Source: Armatimonadota bacterium (GTDB lineage: Bacteria > Armatimonadota > Fimbriimonadia > Fimbriimonadales > GBS-DC). Taken from it: a stretch of DNA of 64,000 bases. Under the pieces are notes generated by a model that saw only the letters and a list, made by a program, of their open reading frames with translations, did no database searches and was not told the origin of the DNA. This document shows, in pieces, positions 37,050 to 49,112 of the stretch. The first letter of the stretch is position 1. Each line of letters begins with the position of its first letter. The translations under genes were made by a program, and so were the position numbers. The stretch lies in the NCBI GenBank assembly GCA_037445735.1, contig JBBIJY010000002.1:32001-96000 (forward strand), given 5' to 3'.

Positions 37050-38258
37050 CTACTCTCCTGTCTGCCCGAAATGGAACAGCACGATCAGCAGGTCGGCGTC
37101 GTCCACGCGCATGTCGCCATTCAGGTCTTCGGCTGGGCTGTGGCTGCCGAAGGCGAATAGCACGGCAAGCAGGTCGGCATCATCGATGCGATTGTCGCCA
37201 TTCACATCGCCGTTGATCAGGGTGGCGTTGAGGCTCATCAGGCAGTCGTTCACGCTCACATTTCGCACCAGTTTACGCAGCCAGTGTGTGCCCTGAAACG
37301 CCACATCGTAAGTGCCCGCCGCCACCTGATAGAGAAAGTAGCGACCATCCGCCTGCAGCACCACCGTTTCGACTCGCAGCGGGTTCGGATTGCCCGGCGG
37401 GCGCAGTTCCACGCGGATGGGTTGACCACCCGGACTGCCCTGATACTGCTCCAGGGTGATCTGCCCTGACAGGCGGTAGGTACGGTCAGGCGCAGCGCGC
37501 AGAGTATAGTTCCACGACGGCATCAGCTGGCTGGACGCCGCCCAGAACCCCACATTATCGTCATTGGGGTTCGTGCTATAGGTGACCCAGCCCGTGATCG
37601 GGAGCGGGTAAGGCAGCATCACCTCGATGGTGGGCGTGTTCGATTGCCATGCCGAGCTGCCGCCCTGCAGCCCCAGCATGCGCCCGCTCACAGGCGGATA
37701 GATCATCCAGCCCGAAGCAGGAATCGAATAGCGATTGCAATCGGCATAGGCGAACTGCGCGTCCCACAGCGTGCTGGAGACATGCATCGAGGAGAGCATC
37801 ACGGGCTTGAACGCCTCGCCAGGGCGGTTATCGATGGGGATGGAGCCGCTGACCGACGCGCTCACGAACGCAATCAGTTCGTTCGGGCGGGGCGGCAGGA
37901 GGCGCACCTGCAGATTCACCCGCAGGGCAGCCATCGTGCCGGCAAGCAAGAGCACCAGATCGGCGCCTTCGACCCGGTGGCTCCAGCTCACAGGCGCTCC
38001 CTGATAGTAGCGACCGCCCGACCAGAACGCGGGCATCAAAATCACCGAAGTGCCCCAGCTGGAGCCGGGACCGCAGTTCATGCGGAAGTAGCTGCTATCG
38101 AGGTGCAGGGCGGCATACTGCGGCGCGGAACCGCCACTCTGGTAAAAAATCTCCAGCACGGTTCCCCGCACCCGCAGGTTCCAGCCCTGGGGTGATGCCG
38201 TCGCCAGCGTCCCGCCCGCGGCGAGCGCCAGCATCCAGAAGCAGCAGCGCCGATTCAC
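37050..38258 (-). CDS. Secreted protein with C-terminal dockerin-like (duplicated Ca-loop) domain
   Basis: Signal peptide after GTG 38258 (or ATG 38234); GDVNGDNRIDDADLLAVLFAFG..DLNGDMRVDDADLLIVLFHFG; the longer track ORF runs through repeats. Confidence 0.78.
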   Translation of the reverse strand: MNRRCCFWMLALAAGGTLATASPQGWNLRVRGTVLEIFYQSGGSAPQYAALHLDSSYFRMNCGPGSSWGTSVILMPAFWSGGRYYQGAPVSWSHRVEGADLVLLLAGTMAALRVNLQVRLLPPRPNELIAFVSASVSGSIPIDNRPGEAFKPVMLSSMHVSSTLWDAQFAYADCNRYSIPASGWMIYPPVSGRMLGLQGGSSAWQSNTPTIEVMLPYPLPITGWVTYSTNPNDDNVGFWAASSQLMPSWNYTLRAAPDRTYRLSGQITLEQYQGSPGGQPIRVELRPPGNPNPLRVETVVLQADGRYFLYQVAAGTYDVAFQGTHWLRKLVRNVSVNDCLMSLNATLINGDVNGDNRIDDADLLAVLFAFGSHSPAEDLNGDMRVDDADLLIVLFHFGQTGE

Positions 38259-38314
38259 TCTGCAACCAGACCCTCCACAGCCCAGTATACCGTAAGGGGG
38301 ATGCAAAGGCTGAA

Positions 38315-38456
38315 TGCCCCCTCCTGCAGGTTTCCCCCGCTTCGCGAGGGGAACCGAAGCGGGGTTTCCCCGTGCCCGGCACGAGACTCTTCCTTTGCAA
38401 GCGCGGGCTTGCATCGGTTCCCCCTGCTTGCGGGGGGAACCCCACGGAGGGGGGCA
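38315..38456. repeat. Second palindromic family: inverted pair of CCCCCTCC..GTTCCCCC-n-GGGGAACC units
   Basis: TGCCCCCTCC and GGAGGGGGGCA ends; internal hairpins TTCCCCCGCTTCGCGAGGGGAA and GGTTCCCCCTGCTTGCGGGGGGAACC. Confidence 0.75.
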
Positions 38457-38537
38457 CTGTTTTGCCCGGATTGGGGCGCTGCCCATCCCATTTGAGGTCA
38501 GCAACTGTACCCTTATCAAAAAGGGGAAGACACCAAA

Positions 38538-38761
38538 CCCCTCTCCCCCTTTGGGGGAGAGGGTACGGGTGAGGGGGCTAAGATTCCCTGTGCGTGGAAG
38601 CAACCCCTCACCCCAACCCTCTCCCACGCTGTGGGAGAGGGAGTTCATTCAGCCCTCTCCCCCTTTGGGGGAGAGGGTACGGGTGAGGGGGCTAAATCCG
38701 CTCAGCCCAAATAAGAACCCCCTCTCCCCAAGCCTGGGGAGAGGGGGCACGCGGGTGAGGG
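38538..38761. repeat. Cluster of four boxC-like palindromic elements
   Basis: Copies at about 38538-38577, 38604-38641, 38653-38691 and 38718-38761; the first and third are essentially identical. Confidence 0.9.
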
Positions 38762-38772
38762 CAAAACCCCTC

Positions 38773-39516
38773 TCACTTCTTGCGCCGACGCAGACCCAGC
38801 AAGCCTGCCAGACCGACACCCAGCGCCAGCATGCTCGCCGGCTCAGGCACAAAACAGGCGCCTGCCAGATTAATCGTGTAGGTACCTGTACCACCCGAGC
38901 CGGTCCAGCTGGCAACGACACGGTTTGGGTCAGCCGTGTTAGAGGCGTAGATACCACTGAAGGGCGAACCGCTGTAGATTACATTGCCGCCATCTGAATC
39001 GCGCGGATCGCGGTTGTAGGCACTGATAGCAATGTAATAGATGCCCGCACCCGGCAACCCCCAGGTGGCAGTGCCTGCACCCAGATTCCCCGTGTTAGTG
39101 GCGTCAGACATGTAGTAGTTAGTTGCTGCCGAGCCAGGACCGATGTAAGAGTGGTAGCTTCCCTGGCCGGGCTGAACCACATCGCCGGGTCGGTCGTCGT
39201 TGTGCCACAGGGCGTTGCCGCTGCTGTCGAACAACCAGAGCTGAGTGTCAGACAGCGCACCCGTTGTCCACGCCTTAAAAGCGGCGGGAGCACAGATAAT
39301 GATCTGAAACATATCCACATCGGTGGAGCTGGCAATGGATCCCGTAATGGCGCTCAGGGACTGGTTCGGGTCGCCGCTAACCACCTGCGCGGTTGCTGGC
39401 AGATCCCCGGCGTCTCCACCGCCGTTTGTTGTCTCGTCCCAGGTCTGGGCGCTGGCGCCTGCGATCAGCGCCACAATCGCGATACTGCTCAACCAGAGTT
39501 GCGCATGTCTCATCAT
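38773..39516 (-). CDS. PEP-CTERM surface protein (DVUA0089-like domain)
   Basis: Signal peptide, DAGDLPATAQ, DTQLWLFD, VPEPASMLALGVGLAGLLGLRRRKK. Confidence 0.9.
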   Translation of the reverse strand: MMRHAQLWLSSIAIVALIAGASAQTWDETTNGGGDAGDLPATAQVVSGDPNQSLSAITGSIASSTDVDMFQIIICAPAAFKAWTTGALSDTQLWLFDSSGNALWHNDDRPGDVVQPGQGSYHSYIGPGSAATNYYMSDATNTGNLGAGTATWGLPGAGIYYIAISAYNRDPRDSDGGNVIYSGSPFSGIYASNTADPNRVVASWTGSGGTGTYTINLAGACFVPEPASMLALGVGLAGLLGLRRRKK

Positions 39517-39568
39517 CGTTGTACCTCCTCTCTTTAGAGTCTGGGGGGCGCCCTTTCTGCTCCATCAC

Positions 39569-39652
39569 GCGGATGCAGATAGGGTGTCCACCCATTGCGG
39601 ATGCAGATAGGGTGTCCACCCATTGCGGATGCAGATAGGGTGTCCACCCATT
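39569..39652. repeat. Three perfect 28-bp tandem repeats in the leader of the PEP-CTERM gene
   Basis: GCGGATGCAGATAGGGTGTCCACCCATT x3, no spacers. Confidence 0.95.
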
Positions 39653-39695
39653 AATGACTCGAAATCTGCCCAAAAGCGGACATCGAGTCATCCCT

Positions 39696-39724
39696 ATTAT
39701 ACCCCATTCGGGAGCGGACGTCAA
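39696..39724 (-). promoter_or_regulatory. sigma70 promoter of the PEP-CTERM gene
   Basis: Minus strand TTGACG-N17-TATAAT. Confidence 0.75.
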
Positions 39725-39769
39725 GAGGAGCGCCCTGCAAAAGGCGAAATCTGGTATTTTTGCGGGGTA

Positions 39770-41188
39770 TCAGCGGCGCGGGCGCGGCAGGGGCTTGTAG
39801 TGCAGGATATATTCGGCGACAGCTTCCAGTTGCTCCAGCGAGGTCAGCCCCAGCTCCTTCGCGGAGGGCATCACCGTGCCCGGATGGGTTTCAGAAGGGT
39901 TGATGAGATAGAAAATCAGCTGGTCTTTGGTCCAGTGGGGCGGTTCGCTGGGCGCGAGTCGCACGAATTCGGGCGCTTTGCGGCTACCCTGCCCCTCGAT
40001 TCGATGGCAGCGCAGGCAGCGATCCATCACCAGCCGCTGCCCGATGGCTGCCAGCCCGCGGAAGCGCGGCGCGGTCGCCTGCTGCGCCAGTCGCGCCCGC
40101 TCGCGGTCCGTCTCTATCTTCGCATCGACGCCCAGCCAGACCGTCAGCACGAGCAGCACGCCTGCGCTCACCAGCGTCAGCAGTCGCCGACGCGGGCGGC
40201 GAGACGGATTGCGCTCAATAAAGGGCAGCGCGAGCAACAGCAGCACGAACAGCACGGGGATCAGCACCGTGCCCAGCCACACGCGCGAGCCGCCAAACAG
40301 CACCAGCCCGCCTATCTGCACTTTCTCCAGCTGGAACAGCGGTAAAAAGTACCATTCTGGGCGCGGCAGGTAGCGGTTGTCGGTCGGGTCGGCGGGCGGC
40401 TCCGTATGCACGCCCCACAGCAGGGTCAGCCCGAACAGCAGTCCCAGCAGCACGCCCGCGAACACCATGTCCTTCCAGAGCTGATGCGGGTAGAAACGGA
40501 GCGGCTTCTCCACCTGCGCCTCCTCATCGGCTTCGGTGCCAGGCGGCATCTCGCCCTTGCGCCGCATCAGCATCAGATGGACGCCAATCAGGGACATCAT
40601 GAGCAGCGGCAGCACCAGCACATGGGTCGCGTAGAAGCGCGTGAGCGTCGGCGCGCCCAGCTCGTCGCCCCCGTACAGGATGCGCTTCAGATGCTCGCCC
40701 ACGAACGGCACATAACCGACGAAGCTCACACCCACGCGCGTCGCCCAGTACGCCTTCTGGTCATACGGCAGCAGGTAGCCCGTGAAGGCGAACGCGAGCG
40801 TCAGCACGAACAGGATTACACCCACCATCCAGGTCAGCTCGCGCGGGCGCTTGTACGCGCCCATAACGAACACGCGCAGCATGTGCAGCACCACCACAAT
40901 CACCATCAGCGACGCGCCCCAGTAGTGCAGCCCGCGCACCAGCCTGCCAGACGGCACCTCACGGGTGATATACTGCACCGAATCGTAGGCTTCGGCGGTG
41001 GAAGGCACATAGTTCATCGCCAGCAGGATGCCTGTGATCAGCTGCACGAGGAACAGGAACAGTGCGCCGCTGCCCAGCACATGCAGCCAGCCGATTTTGC
41101 GGGGCAACGGCTCGTGCAGCAGGGCGTGCAGGATGGCGCGGTAGCCGCTGCGGTCGTCCAGCCAGTGCCAGAACCATTGCCCGTTCAT
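39770..41188 (-). CDS. Cytochrome b (b6-like plus subunit IV-like) fused to a C-terminal c-type cytochrome
   Basis: RGLHYWGAS..LHMLRVF, FTGYLLP, PEWY, CLRCH. Confidence 0.9.
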   Translation of the reverse strand: MNGQWFWHWLDDRSGYRAILHALLHEPLPRKIGWLHVLGSGALFLFLVQLITGILLAMNYVPSTAEAYDSVQYITREVPSGRLVRGLHYWGASLMVIVVVLHMLRVFVMGAYKRPRELTWMVGVILFVLTLAFAFTGYLLPYDQKAYWATRVGVSFVGYVPFVGEHLKRILYGGDELGAPTLTRFYATHVLVLPLLMMSLIGVHLMLMRRKGEMPPGTEADEEAQVEKPLRFYPHQLWKDMVFAGVLLGLLFGLTLLWGVHTEPPADPTDNRYLPRPEWYFLPLFQLEKVQIGGLVLFGGSRVWLGTVLIPVLFVLLLLALPFIERNPSRRPRRRLLTLVSAGVLLVLTVWLGVDAKIETDRERARLAQQATAPRFRGLAAIGQRLVMDRCLRCHRIEGQGSRKAPEFVRLAPSEPPHWTKDQLIFYLINPSETHPGTVMPSAKELGLTSLEQLEAVAEYILHYKPLPRPRR

Positions 41189-41661
41189 GCCTCGACCTCG
41201 ATCCAGAGGGCGCCGTCGCGCAGCTGATGGGCGATTCGGCGCAGCGGTCGCGGCGGCGGCTCTTTCATCACGCGCCCCTCCATGTCGAACTCGCCCCCGT
41301 GGCAGGGGCAGACGAACCGCTGGCGCTCCGACTCCCAGCGCACGCCGCAGCCCGTGTGCGTGCAGAGGTTGGACAGCACGAGCAGTTGCTCCCCACGGTT
41401 CACCACATAGGCGATGCGCACCTCGCGCCGCCGACGCCAGCCGTCCTGAATCGGCACCGTGTACAGCACCTCCGCCACCTCGCCCTCCAGCGGCAGGTCC
41501 GCTTCCGCCATCAGCGGAATGAGCTGGCGGCGTCGGCGCGTTCGCAACGGCGCCAGCAGATAGCCCACAATCGGGATGCCCAGCGCCACACCAATTGCGC
41601 CTCCTAACAGCCCGATTGCCCACTCCAGAAACGCTCGCCTGCCTATCCCGTTATCCGCCAT
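41185..41661 (-). CDS. Rieske 2Fe-2S subunit
   Basis: Tat-like GRRAFL, CTHTGC, CPCHG. Confidence 0.92.
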   Translation of the reverse strand: MADNGIGRRAFLEWAIGLLGGAIGVALGIPIVGYLLAPLRTRRRRQLIPLMAEADLPLEGEVAEVLYTVPIQDGWRRRREVRIAYVVNRGEQLLVLSNLCTHTGCGVRWESERQRFVCPCHGGEFDMEGRVMKEPPPRPLRRIAHQLRDGALWIEVEA

Positions 41662-41747
41662 GATGCAATCAGAGAGGAAACTCTGCTTATCGCAGGGAAC
41701 GATTGAACGCTTGCAGGGGTTCCCCGCTTCGAGTATACTTTCGTGCC

Positions 41748-43283
41748 ATGAGCCGAAGCAAAGGATGGTGGCTGCCCGGCGTCGTCGCGAGCCTGGTGGG
41801 GCTGACCCTGCAGATCACCCTCGCCGTCGATTCGGGGCAACGCTGGGCGCGGATAGTGATTCTGCACACCAACGACACGCACGGGCATCTGCTGCCGTTC
41901 AGCTACCCGCAGGGGATTGACCCGAACTCGCAGGAGGCACAGCTGCCATACAAACACGATATAGGGGGCATCGCTCGCCGCGCCACCCTCATCCGGCAGC
42001 TGCGCCAGCAGTACCGTGATCAGACGCTGGTGGTCGACTGCGGCGACTTTATGGACGGCACGCCCTTCTCCCTGCACTACTTTGGCGAGGCGGATGTCGC
42101 CGCGATGAACGCCTGCGGCTACGACTATGCCACGCTGGGCAACCACGAGTTCAGTAACACGCTCGCGCAGGTGCAGAAGCTGATTCGCATGGCGCGGTTC
42201 ACCTTCGTGTGCGCCAATGCCCGCCTGCGTCGCACGGGTCAGCTGCTGGTGCCGCCGTCTGTGATTATCGAGCGCAACGGGCTGCGAATCGCGCTGTTCG
42301 GGCTGATTGTGCAGGACACGCAGAACTATCGCGGCGCGCGGGAGGGCGTGGATATTTTAGACCCTTTCGAGGTCGCCCAGCAGCTGGTGCCCCAGCTGCG
42401 CCAGCAGGCGGATGTGGTGATTCTGCTTTCACACCTGGGGATAGAGACCGAGCTGGAGCTGGCGCGGCGCGTGCCGGGCATCGATGTGATTGTGGGCGGG
42501 CACTCGCACACGCGCCTGCCAGAACCCCGCTTCGTGGCGTGGGGCACGAACGAGATTTTCGCGCTCAACGGCACGCTGGTGGTGCAGGCGCACCAGTGGG
42601 GCGGCGAGCTGGGACGGCTCGATCTGATCTGCTATCGCGCCCCCGACACGGGACGCTGGCGCGTGGTGGCATACAAAGGGCAACTGATCCCCATCACGCG
42701 CGCCATCCCTGAAGACCCGCAGGTCGCCCGCGTGGTCGCCCGCTACTGGAAGCCGCTCGCGGCGCGCTACGGGCGTGTGGTCGGCTACGCAGCGGACGAC
42801 TTCGTGCAGCGCGGCGATGACCTCGCCGAATATTATCTGGTCAGCGACGCCGTGCGCGCCATGATGAACAGCGATTTTGACCTGCAGAATCTCTACGGCA
42901 TCCGCATCCAGCTGGCGAAGGGCGCCATCACCTATTACGACTTAGCGCGCATGATGCCGTTCGGCAACACGGTGGTGCGGTTTGAAATCACGGGTCGCGC
43001 GCTCAAGCAGATACTGGAGCGTCAGCGCCCGACCTGCAGCGCGAATCTGCGCTATCGCGTCGAAAATGGACGCCTGATAGAAGCCACGCTGAACGGCGAG
43101 CCGATCCGCGACGACGCCACCTATCGCGGCACGACCAACTCCTACTTTGCCGAGCGCTACCTGAAGCCATCAGGCATCACGCTGATCGACACGAAGCAGG
43201 TAATGTTAGATGTGGTGGCAGACTATATTCGTCGGCAGCGGACGGTCTCGCCCAGCTACGACGGGCGGCGCGTGGTGCGATAA
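41748..43283 (+). CDS. Bifunctional metallophosphatase/5'-nucleotidase
   Basis: HTNDTHG, DCGD, LGNHEF, GGHSH, MPFGN. Confidence 0.9.
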   Translation: MSRSKGWWLPGVVASLVGLTLQITLAVDSGQRWARIVILHTNDTHGHLLPFSYPQGIDPNSQEAQLPYKHDIGGIARRATLIRQLRQQYRDQTLVVDCGDFMDGTPFSLHYFGEADVAAMNACGYDYATLGNHEFSNTLAQVQKLIRMARFTFVCANARLRRTGQLLVPPSVIIERNGLRIALFGLIVQDTQNYRGAREGVDILDPFEVAQQLVPQLRQQADVVILLSHLGIETELELARRVPGIDVIVGGHSHTRLPEPRFVAWGTNEIFALNGTLVVQAHQWGGELGRLDLICYRAPDTGRWRVVAYKGQLIPITRAIPEDPQVARVVARYWKPLAARYGRVVGYAADDFVQRGDDLAEYYLVSDAVRAMMNSDFDLQNLYGIRIQLAKGAITYYDLARMMPFGNTVVRFEITGRALKQILERQRPTCSANLRYRVENGRLIEATLNGEPIRDDATYRGTTNSYFAERYLKPSGITLIDTKQVMLDVVADYIRRQRTVSPSYDGRRVVR

Positions 43284-43303
43284 CGATTTCTCCTTTATCC
43301 CGA

Positions 43304-43340
43304 CCCCTCACCCGTACCCTCTTCCCAGAGGGGCGAGGGG
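43304..43340. repeat. Single boxC-like element between convergent genes
   Basis: CCCCTCACCCGTACCCTCTTCCCAGAGGGGCGAGGGG. Confidence 0.85.
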
Positions 43341-43348
43341 CATTGTGG

Positions 43349-43921
43349 TCATCCAAGGGACACGGCTCGCAGCTCGGTGTAGCGGGCGCCGGAAGGGTGC
43401 AGCTCGCTCCGCATCAGGCTGATCTGTCTCACCGTGAAGTGCCCCACAGGTGCGGGCTGGAGTGTATCGACCACCGTCTGCAGGCGCGTCGGCAACGGTG
43501 AAGAGGCTTTCTCCTGCCTGTGAGGCTTGATTCGGGCGAGTGTCAGGTGGGCGTGGAACGGTTTATCGGCGCGACCGACCAGCGCGCGCTCCAGATGGGC
43601 GGCAATCTGGCTCATCGGCTCCGCGCCTGCCTGCGTGCCGACCCACAGCACGGCGGGGCGTCGCCAGTTCGGGAACACGCCCAGCCCGCCAACCGCCACC
43701 TCGAAGGGCGCGATGGACTGCACCGCTGCGTGCATCGCGCGCTCAATCTCTGCCAGGCGCTCTTCGGGCTGCTCGCTGAGAAAGAGCAGGGTGAAATGAA
43801 AGTTATCGGGCGCGACCCAGCGCAGGGCCGGATCGGGCAGTTGCGCCCGCAGCTGGCGTTGCAATCGCTCCAGCGCCGCCTTCACTTCGGACGGTATCAG
43901 GATTGCAATAAAGAGGCGCAT
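43349..43921 (-). CDS. thpR: RNA 2',3'-cyclic phosphodiesterase
   Basis: MRLFIA, two HxT motifs (HFTL, HLTLAR). Confidence 0.9.
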   Translation of the reverse strand: MRLFIAILIPSEVKAALERLQRQLRAQLPDPALRWVAPDNFHFTLLFLSEQPEERLAEIERAMHAAVQSIAPFEVAVGGLGVFPNWRRPAVLWVGTQAGAEPMSQIAAHLERALVGRADKPFHAHLTLARIKPHRQEKASSPLPTRLQTVVDTLQPAPVGHFTVRQISLMRSELHPSGARYTELRAVSLG

Positions 43922-45162
43922 CCGCCTTCAAGGATACCCCGCCGCAACAGTGTCAGCGCAACCTGCGACGCTCGCCACTTGATGGTGGAGCGGTCGCCCA
44001 GCAGCTGGTGGCGCTCCACGAGGGTGGCGGTCGGGTCGCTCAGGCTCACATAGACCAGCCCGACAGGTTTTTCGGGCGTGCCCCCTGTGGGTCCCGCGAT
44101 GCCCGTGATGCCGATGCCCCAGTAGCTGCCCAGTTTCTGGCGGACGCCTTCGGCAAGGGCGCGGGCGGTCGGCTCGCTCACCGCCCCATGCTGTTCCAGA
44201 ATCGTGCGCGGCACGCCCAGCTCCCGCTCTTTGACGGCGTTGCTGTAGGCGACAATCCCGCCCAGAAACACATCGGAGCTGCCTGGCACCTCGGTGATGC
44301 GATGCCCCAGCAGTCCGCCTGTACACGATTCGGCGGTCGCCAGGCTTTGCCCGCGCTCGCGGAGCAGTTGCACGACCGCCTGCTCCAGTGGGGTGTCGTC
44401 CGTGCCGTAGATATAGGCGCCCAGTCGCTCGCGCACGGCGTGTTCCATTTTTTCAATCAGCGCGTCGGCTTCGGCGATGGAGGGTGCGCGGGCGGTGATG
44501 CGCAGGTGAACCTCGCCCAGATGCGCTAATGGCGCCAGCGTGGGATTGGTGGAGCGCACCAGCTCCAGCACGCGCGCTTCGGCGTCGGCTTCCCCGATCC
44601 CGCACAGGCGCAGCACGCGCGAGCGGATCACCGCTCCGCCCGCGCGCTCCCTCAGCACCGGGATGACCTGCTCGCGCACCATCGGCTGGAACTCGTTGGG
44701 CGGTCCCGGCAGCGCGAAGAGGAGCTTGCCGTCACGCTCGATTTTCAGTCCGGGCGCGGTGCCGTTGGGGTTCGGCAGGGGCGTTGCAGAGGGCGGTCGG
44801 TGCGCCTGACGCAGCTGGCTGGGCGTTACGGTGCGCCCTCGCACGGCAAACAGCTGCTGGAGCTGTTCGCCCAGGGCAGGGTCGTACTCTAACGGCTCGC
44901 TCAGCACGGCGGCAATCGCCTCGCGCGTGAGGTCATCCTCGGTCGGACCCAGCCCGCCAATCGTGATCACCACATCGGCTCGTGAGAGCGCGTCCGTTAG
45001 CGCGTCGGTCAGCCGCTGCAGATTATCGCCCACCGTGACGCGCCGAAACACCTGTACGCCGACCGCTGTCAGCTCGCGCGACAGGAAAGCGGCGTTCGTG
45101 TCCACTATCTGACCCAGCAGCAGCTCCGTGCCGACCGAGATAATCTCGCAGGTCATGCGCAA
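43897..45162 (-). CDS. cinA: Competence/damage-inducible protein A (NMN deamidase fusion)
   Basis: VGTELLLGQIVDTN, GGLGPTEDD, AESCTGG, TGIAGP. Confidence 0.93.
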   Translation of the reverse strand: MRMTCEIISVGTELLLGQIVDTNAAFLSRELTAVGVQVFRRVTVGDNLQRLTDALTDALSRADVVITIGGLGPTEDDLTREAIAAVLSEPLEYDPALGEQLQQLFAVRGRTVTPSQLRQAHRPPSATPLPNPNGTAPGLKIERDGKLLFALPGPPNEFQPMVREQVIPVLRERAGGAVIRSRVLRLCGIGEADAEARVLELVRSTNPTLAPLAHLGEVHLRITARAPSIAEADALIEKMEHAVRERLGAYIYGTDDTPLEQAVVQLLRERGQSLATAESCTGGLLGHRITEVPGSSDVFLGGIVAYSNAVKERELGVPRTILEQHGAVSEPTARALAEGVRQKLGSYWGIGITGIAGPTGGTPEKPVGLVYVSLSDPTATLVERHQLLGDRSTIKWRASQVALTLLRRGILEGGCASLLQS

Positions 45163-46248
45163 TCAGAACACCAGCGTGCGTGAGACGGTGAGCGGGAACT
45201 CGCGCGAGTAGGCGAAGCTGAAGCCGCCGAGGCTCAGTCCGGCGGTCCAGCCCGTGCGGGAGGCGTAGCCCGTGAGGATTCGGATGGGTCCGAGCCGTTG
45301 CTCCGCGCCGAGGCGCAGCTCACCGCGACCCGTGCGGTTGCCGATGTCGATCACATCGAGCGCAATCAGGGTTCCTGCCTGCGTCTCGGAGGCGAAGCCG
45401 AGGTGAACCGCGCGTCGGAACGGCTTCAGCCGCACATCGGCGCCGTTCCGATCCGTTGCGTCGATGCGCAGGTCTGGTTCAATCGCATTCTCCACCACTA
45501 ATGCGAGCGTGTAGGGGATAGCGCTATCGGGCTTCCAGATGATTCCCAGATCGACGCCGGTGGTGCGCCGCTCGATGAAGTTGCGTCCGCCGAGTTCGGG
45601 GGCACGCTCGGCATCGTTGCGCGTGCGCAGGGTGTTCGCGTCGGCGAAGTAGTGGGTGTAGAACACGCGCATGGTGCGCACCCGTGCGCCGACCGCCAGC
45701 TCGCCACCCTGCAGCGGCAGGCGGAGCCCGCCAGTGATGTCCGGCAGGCTCACCGCTGCCATCGCGATAATGTCGCCCCGCGCATCGTCGGGAATGTTAT
45801 TCCGGTCGCCGCTGGTACGCGCCCATGTGCGCAGCGGCTCGTTGGGCAGGAAGTGGGCGTCCACCACCCCGCCGACTGAGACGCCGACACCGTTCATCAT
45901 CAGCCCGAAGTCGCCCAGCAGGCTCAGGCGTGTGTCCTCGTCAGCGAATCGGCGCAACAGTGCAGCGCCCTCCTCGAGGTTGATGGAGCTGCCCTGGCGC
46001 AGCTCGATGGCATCGAAGACATCCTCAAGGCTGGCGCCCTGAGCGCCCAGATCGAAGTTGCCCATGCCGATACGCGCACCGCGCACATAGGCAATCGCGG
46101 CGGGGTTCAGATAAGCCTGGGAAGCGGGGTTGCGCAGCACCGCCAGCCCTGCACCCCCCATCCCTCGGGTCGCATTACCGCCCAACGACAGATCCGCCCA
46201 TGCAACCGTCAGCAGCCAGCCTGCAAGCAGAAGTGCCACTGTTCGCAT
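45163..46248 (-). CDS. Putative outer-membrane beta-barrel protein (TraF/FadL/PorV-like plug motif)
   Basis: Signal peptide, GMGGAGLA..YLNPAAI, C-terminal Phe. Confidence 0.65.
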   Translation of the reverse strand: MRTVALLLAGWLLTVAWADLSLGGNATRGMGGAGLAVLRNPASQAYLNPAAIAYVRGARIGMGNFDLGAQGASLEDVFDAIELRQGSSINLEEGAALLRRFADEDTRLSLLGDFGLMMNGVGVSVGGVVDAHFLPNEPLRTWARTSGDRNNIPDDARGDIIAMAAVSLPDITGGLRLPLQGGELAVGARVRTMRVFYTHYFADANTLRTRNDAERAPELGGRNFIERRTTGVDLGIIWKPDSAIPYTLALVVENAIEPDLRIDATDRNGADVRLKPFRRAVHLGFASETQAGTLIALDVIDIGNRTGRGELRLGAEQRLGPIRILTGYASRTGWTAGLSLGGFSFAYSREFPLTVSRTLVF

Positions 46249-46313
46249 ATCGTCTTACCTCCTTTAATGGAGTTCGCAACCAGAAATCGGTTTCCTGCCT
46301 GGAAAGCGGTGGG

Positions 46314-46358
46314 AAAAAGGTTCGATCCCGCTCCTCCGATTGCGAGGAGCGGGATCGA
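46314..46358 (-). terminator. Intrinsic terminator after atpC
   Basis: 15-bp perfect stem TCGATCCCGCTCCTC/GAGGAGCGGGATCGA followed by a T-run on the minus strand. Confidence 0.75.
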
Positions 46359-46384
46359 TTGCCCTGTCGATGGCTTTTTATATT

Positions 46385-49111
<2,727 letters not shown>

Positions 49112-49112
<1 letters not shown>

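Noticed and set aside
38538-38761. Palindromic cluster as a CRISPR array
   Set aside because: Copies are in mixed orientation, vary in sequence, and match dispersed elements elsewhere in the window.
38259-38997. ORF-track proteins and the N-terminal extension running through the repeat mosaic
   Set aside because: Open frames arise from stop-poor GC repeats; the promoter, RBS and signal peptide indicate the real start near 38258.
39569-39652. 3x28-bp repeat as a CRISPR array
   Set aside because: Units are directly abutting with no spacers and lie 14 kb from the cas genes.
45163-46248. TraF-like gene as evidence for a conjugative element
   Set aside because: No other transfer, relaxase or integrase genes; it is embedded among housekeeping genes and coupled to cinA.
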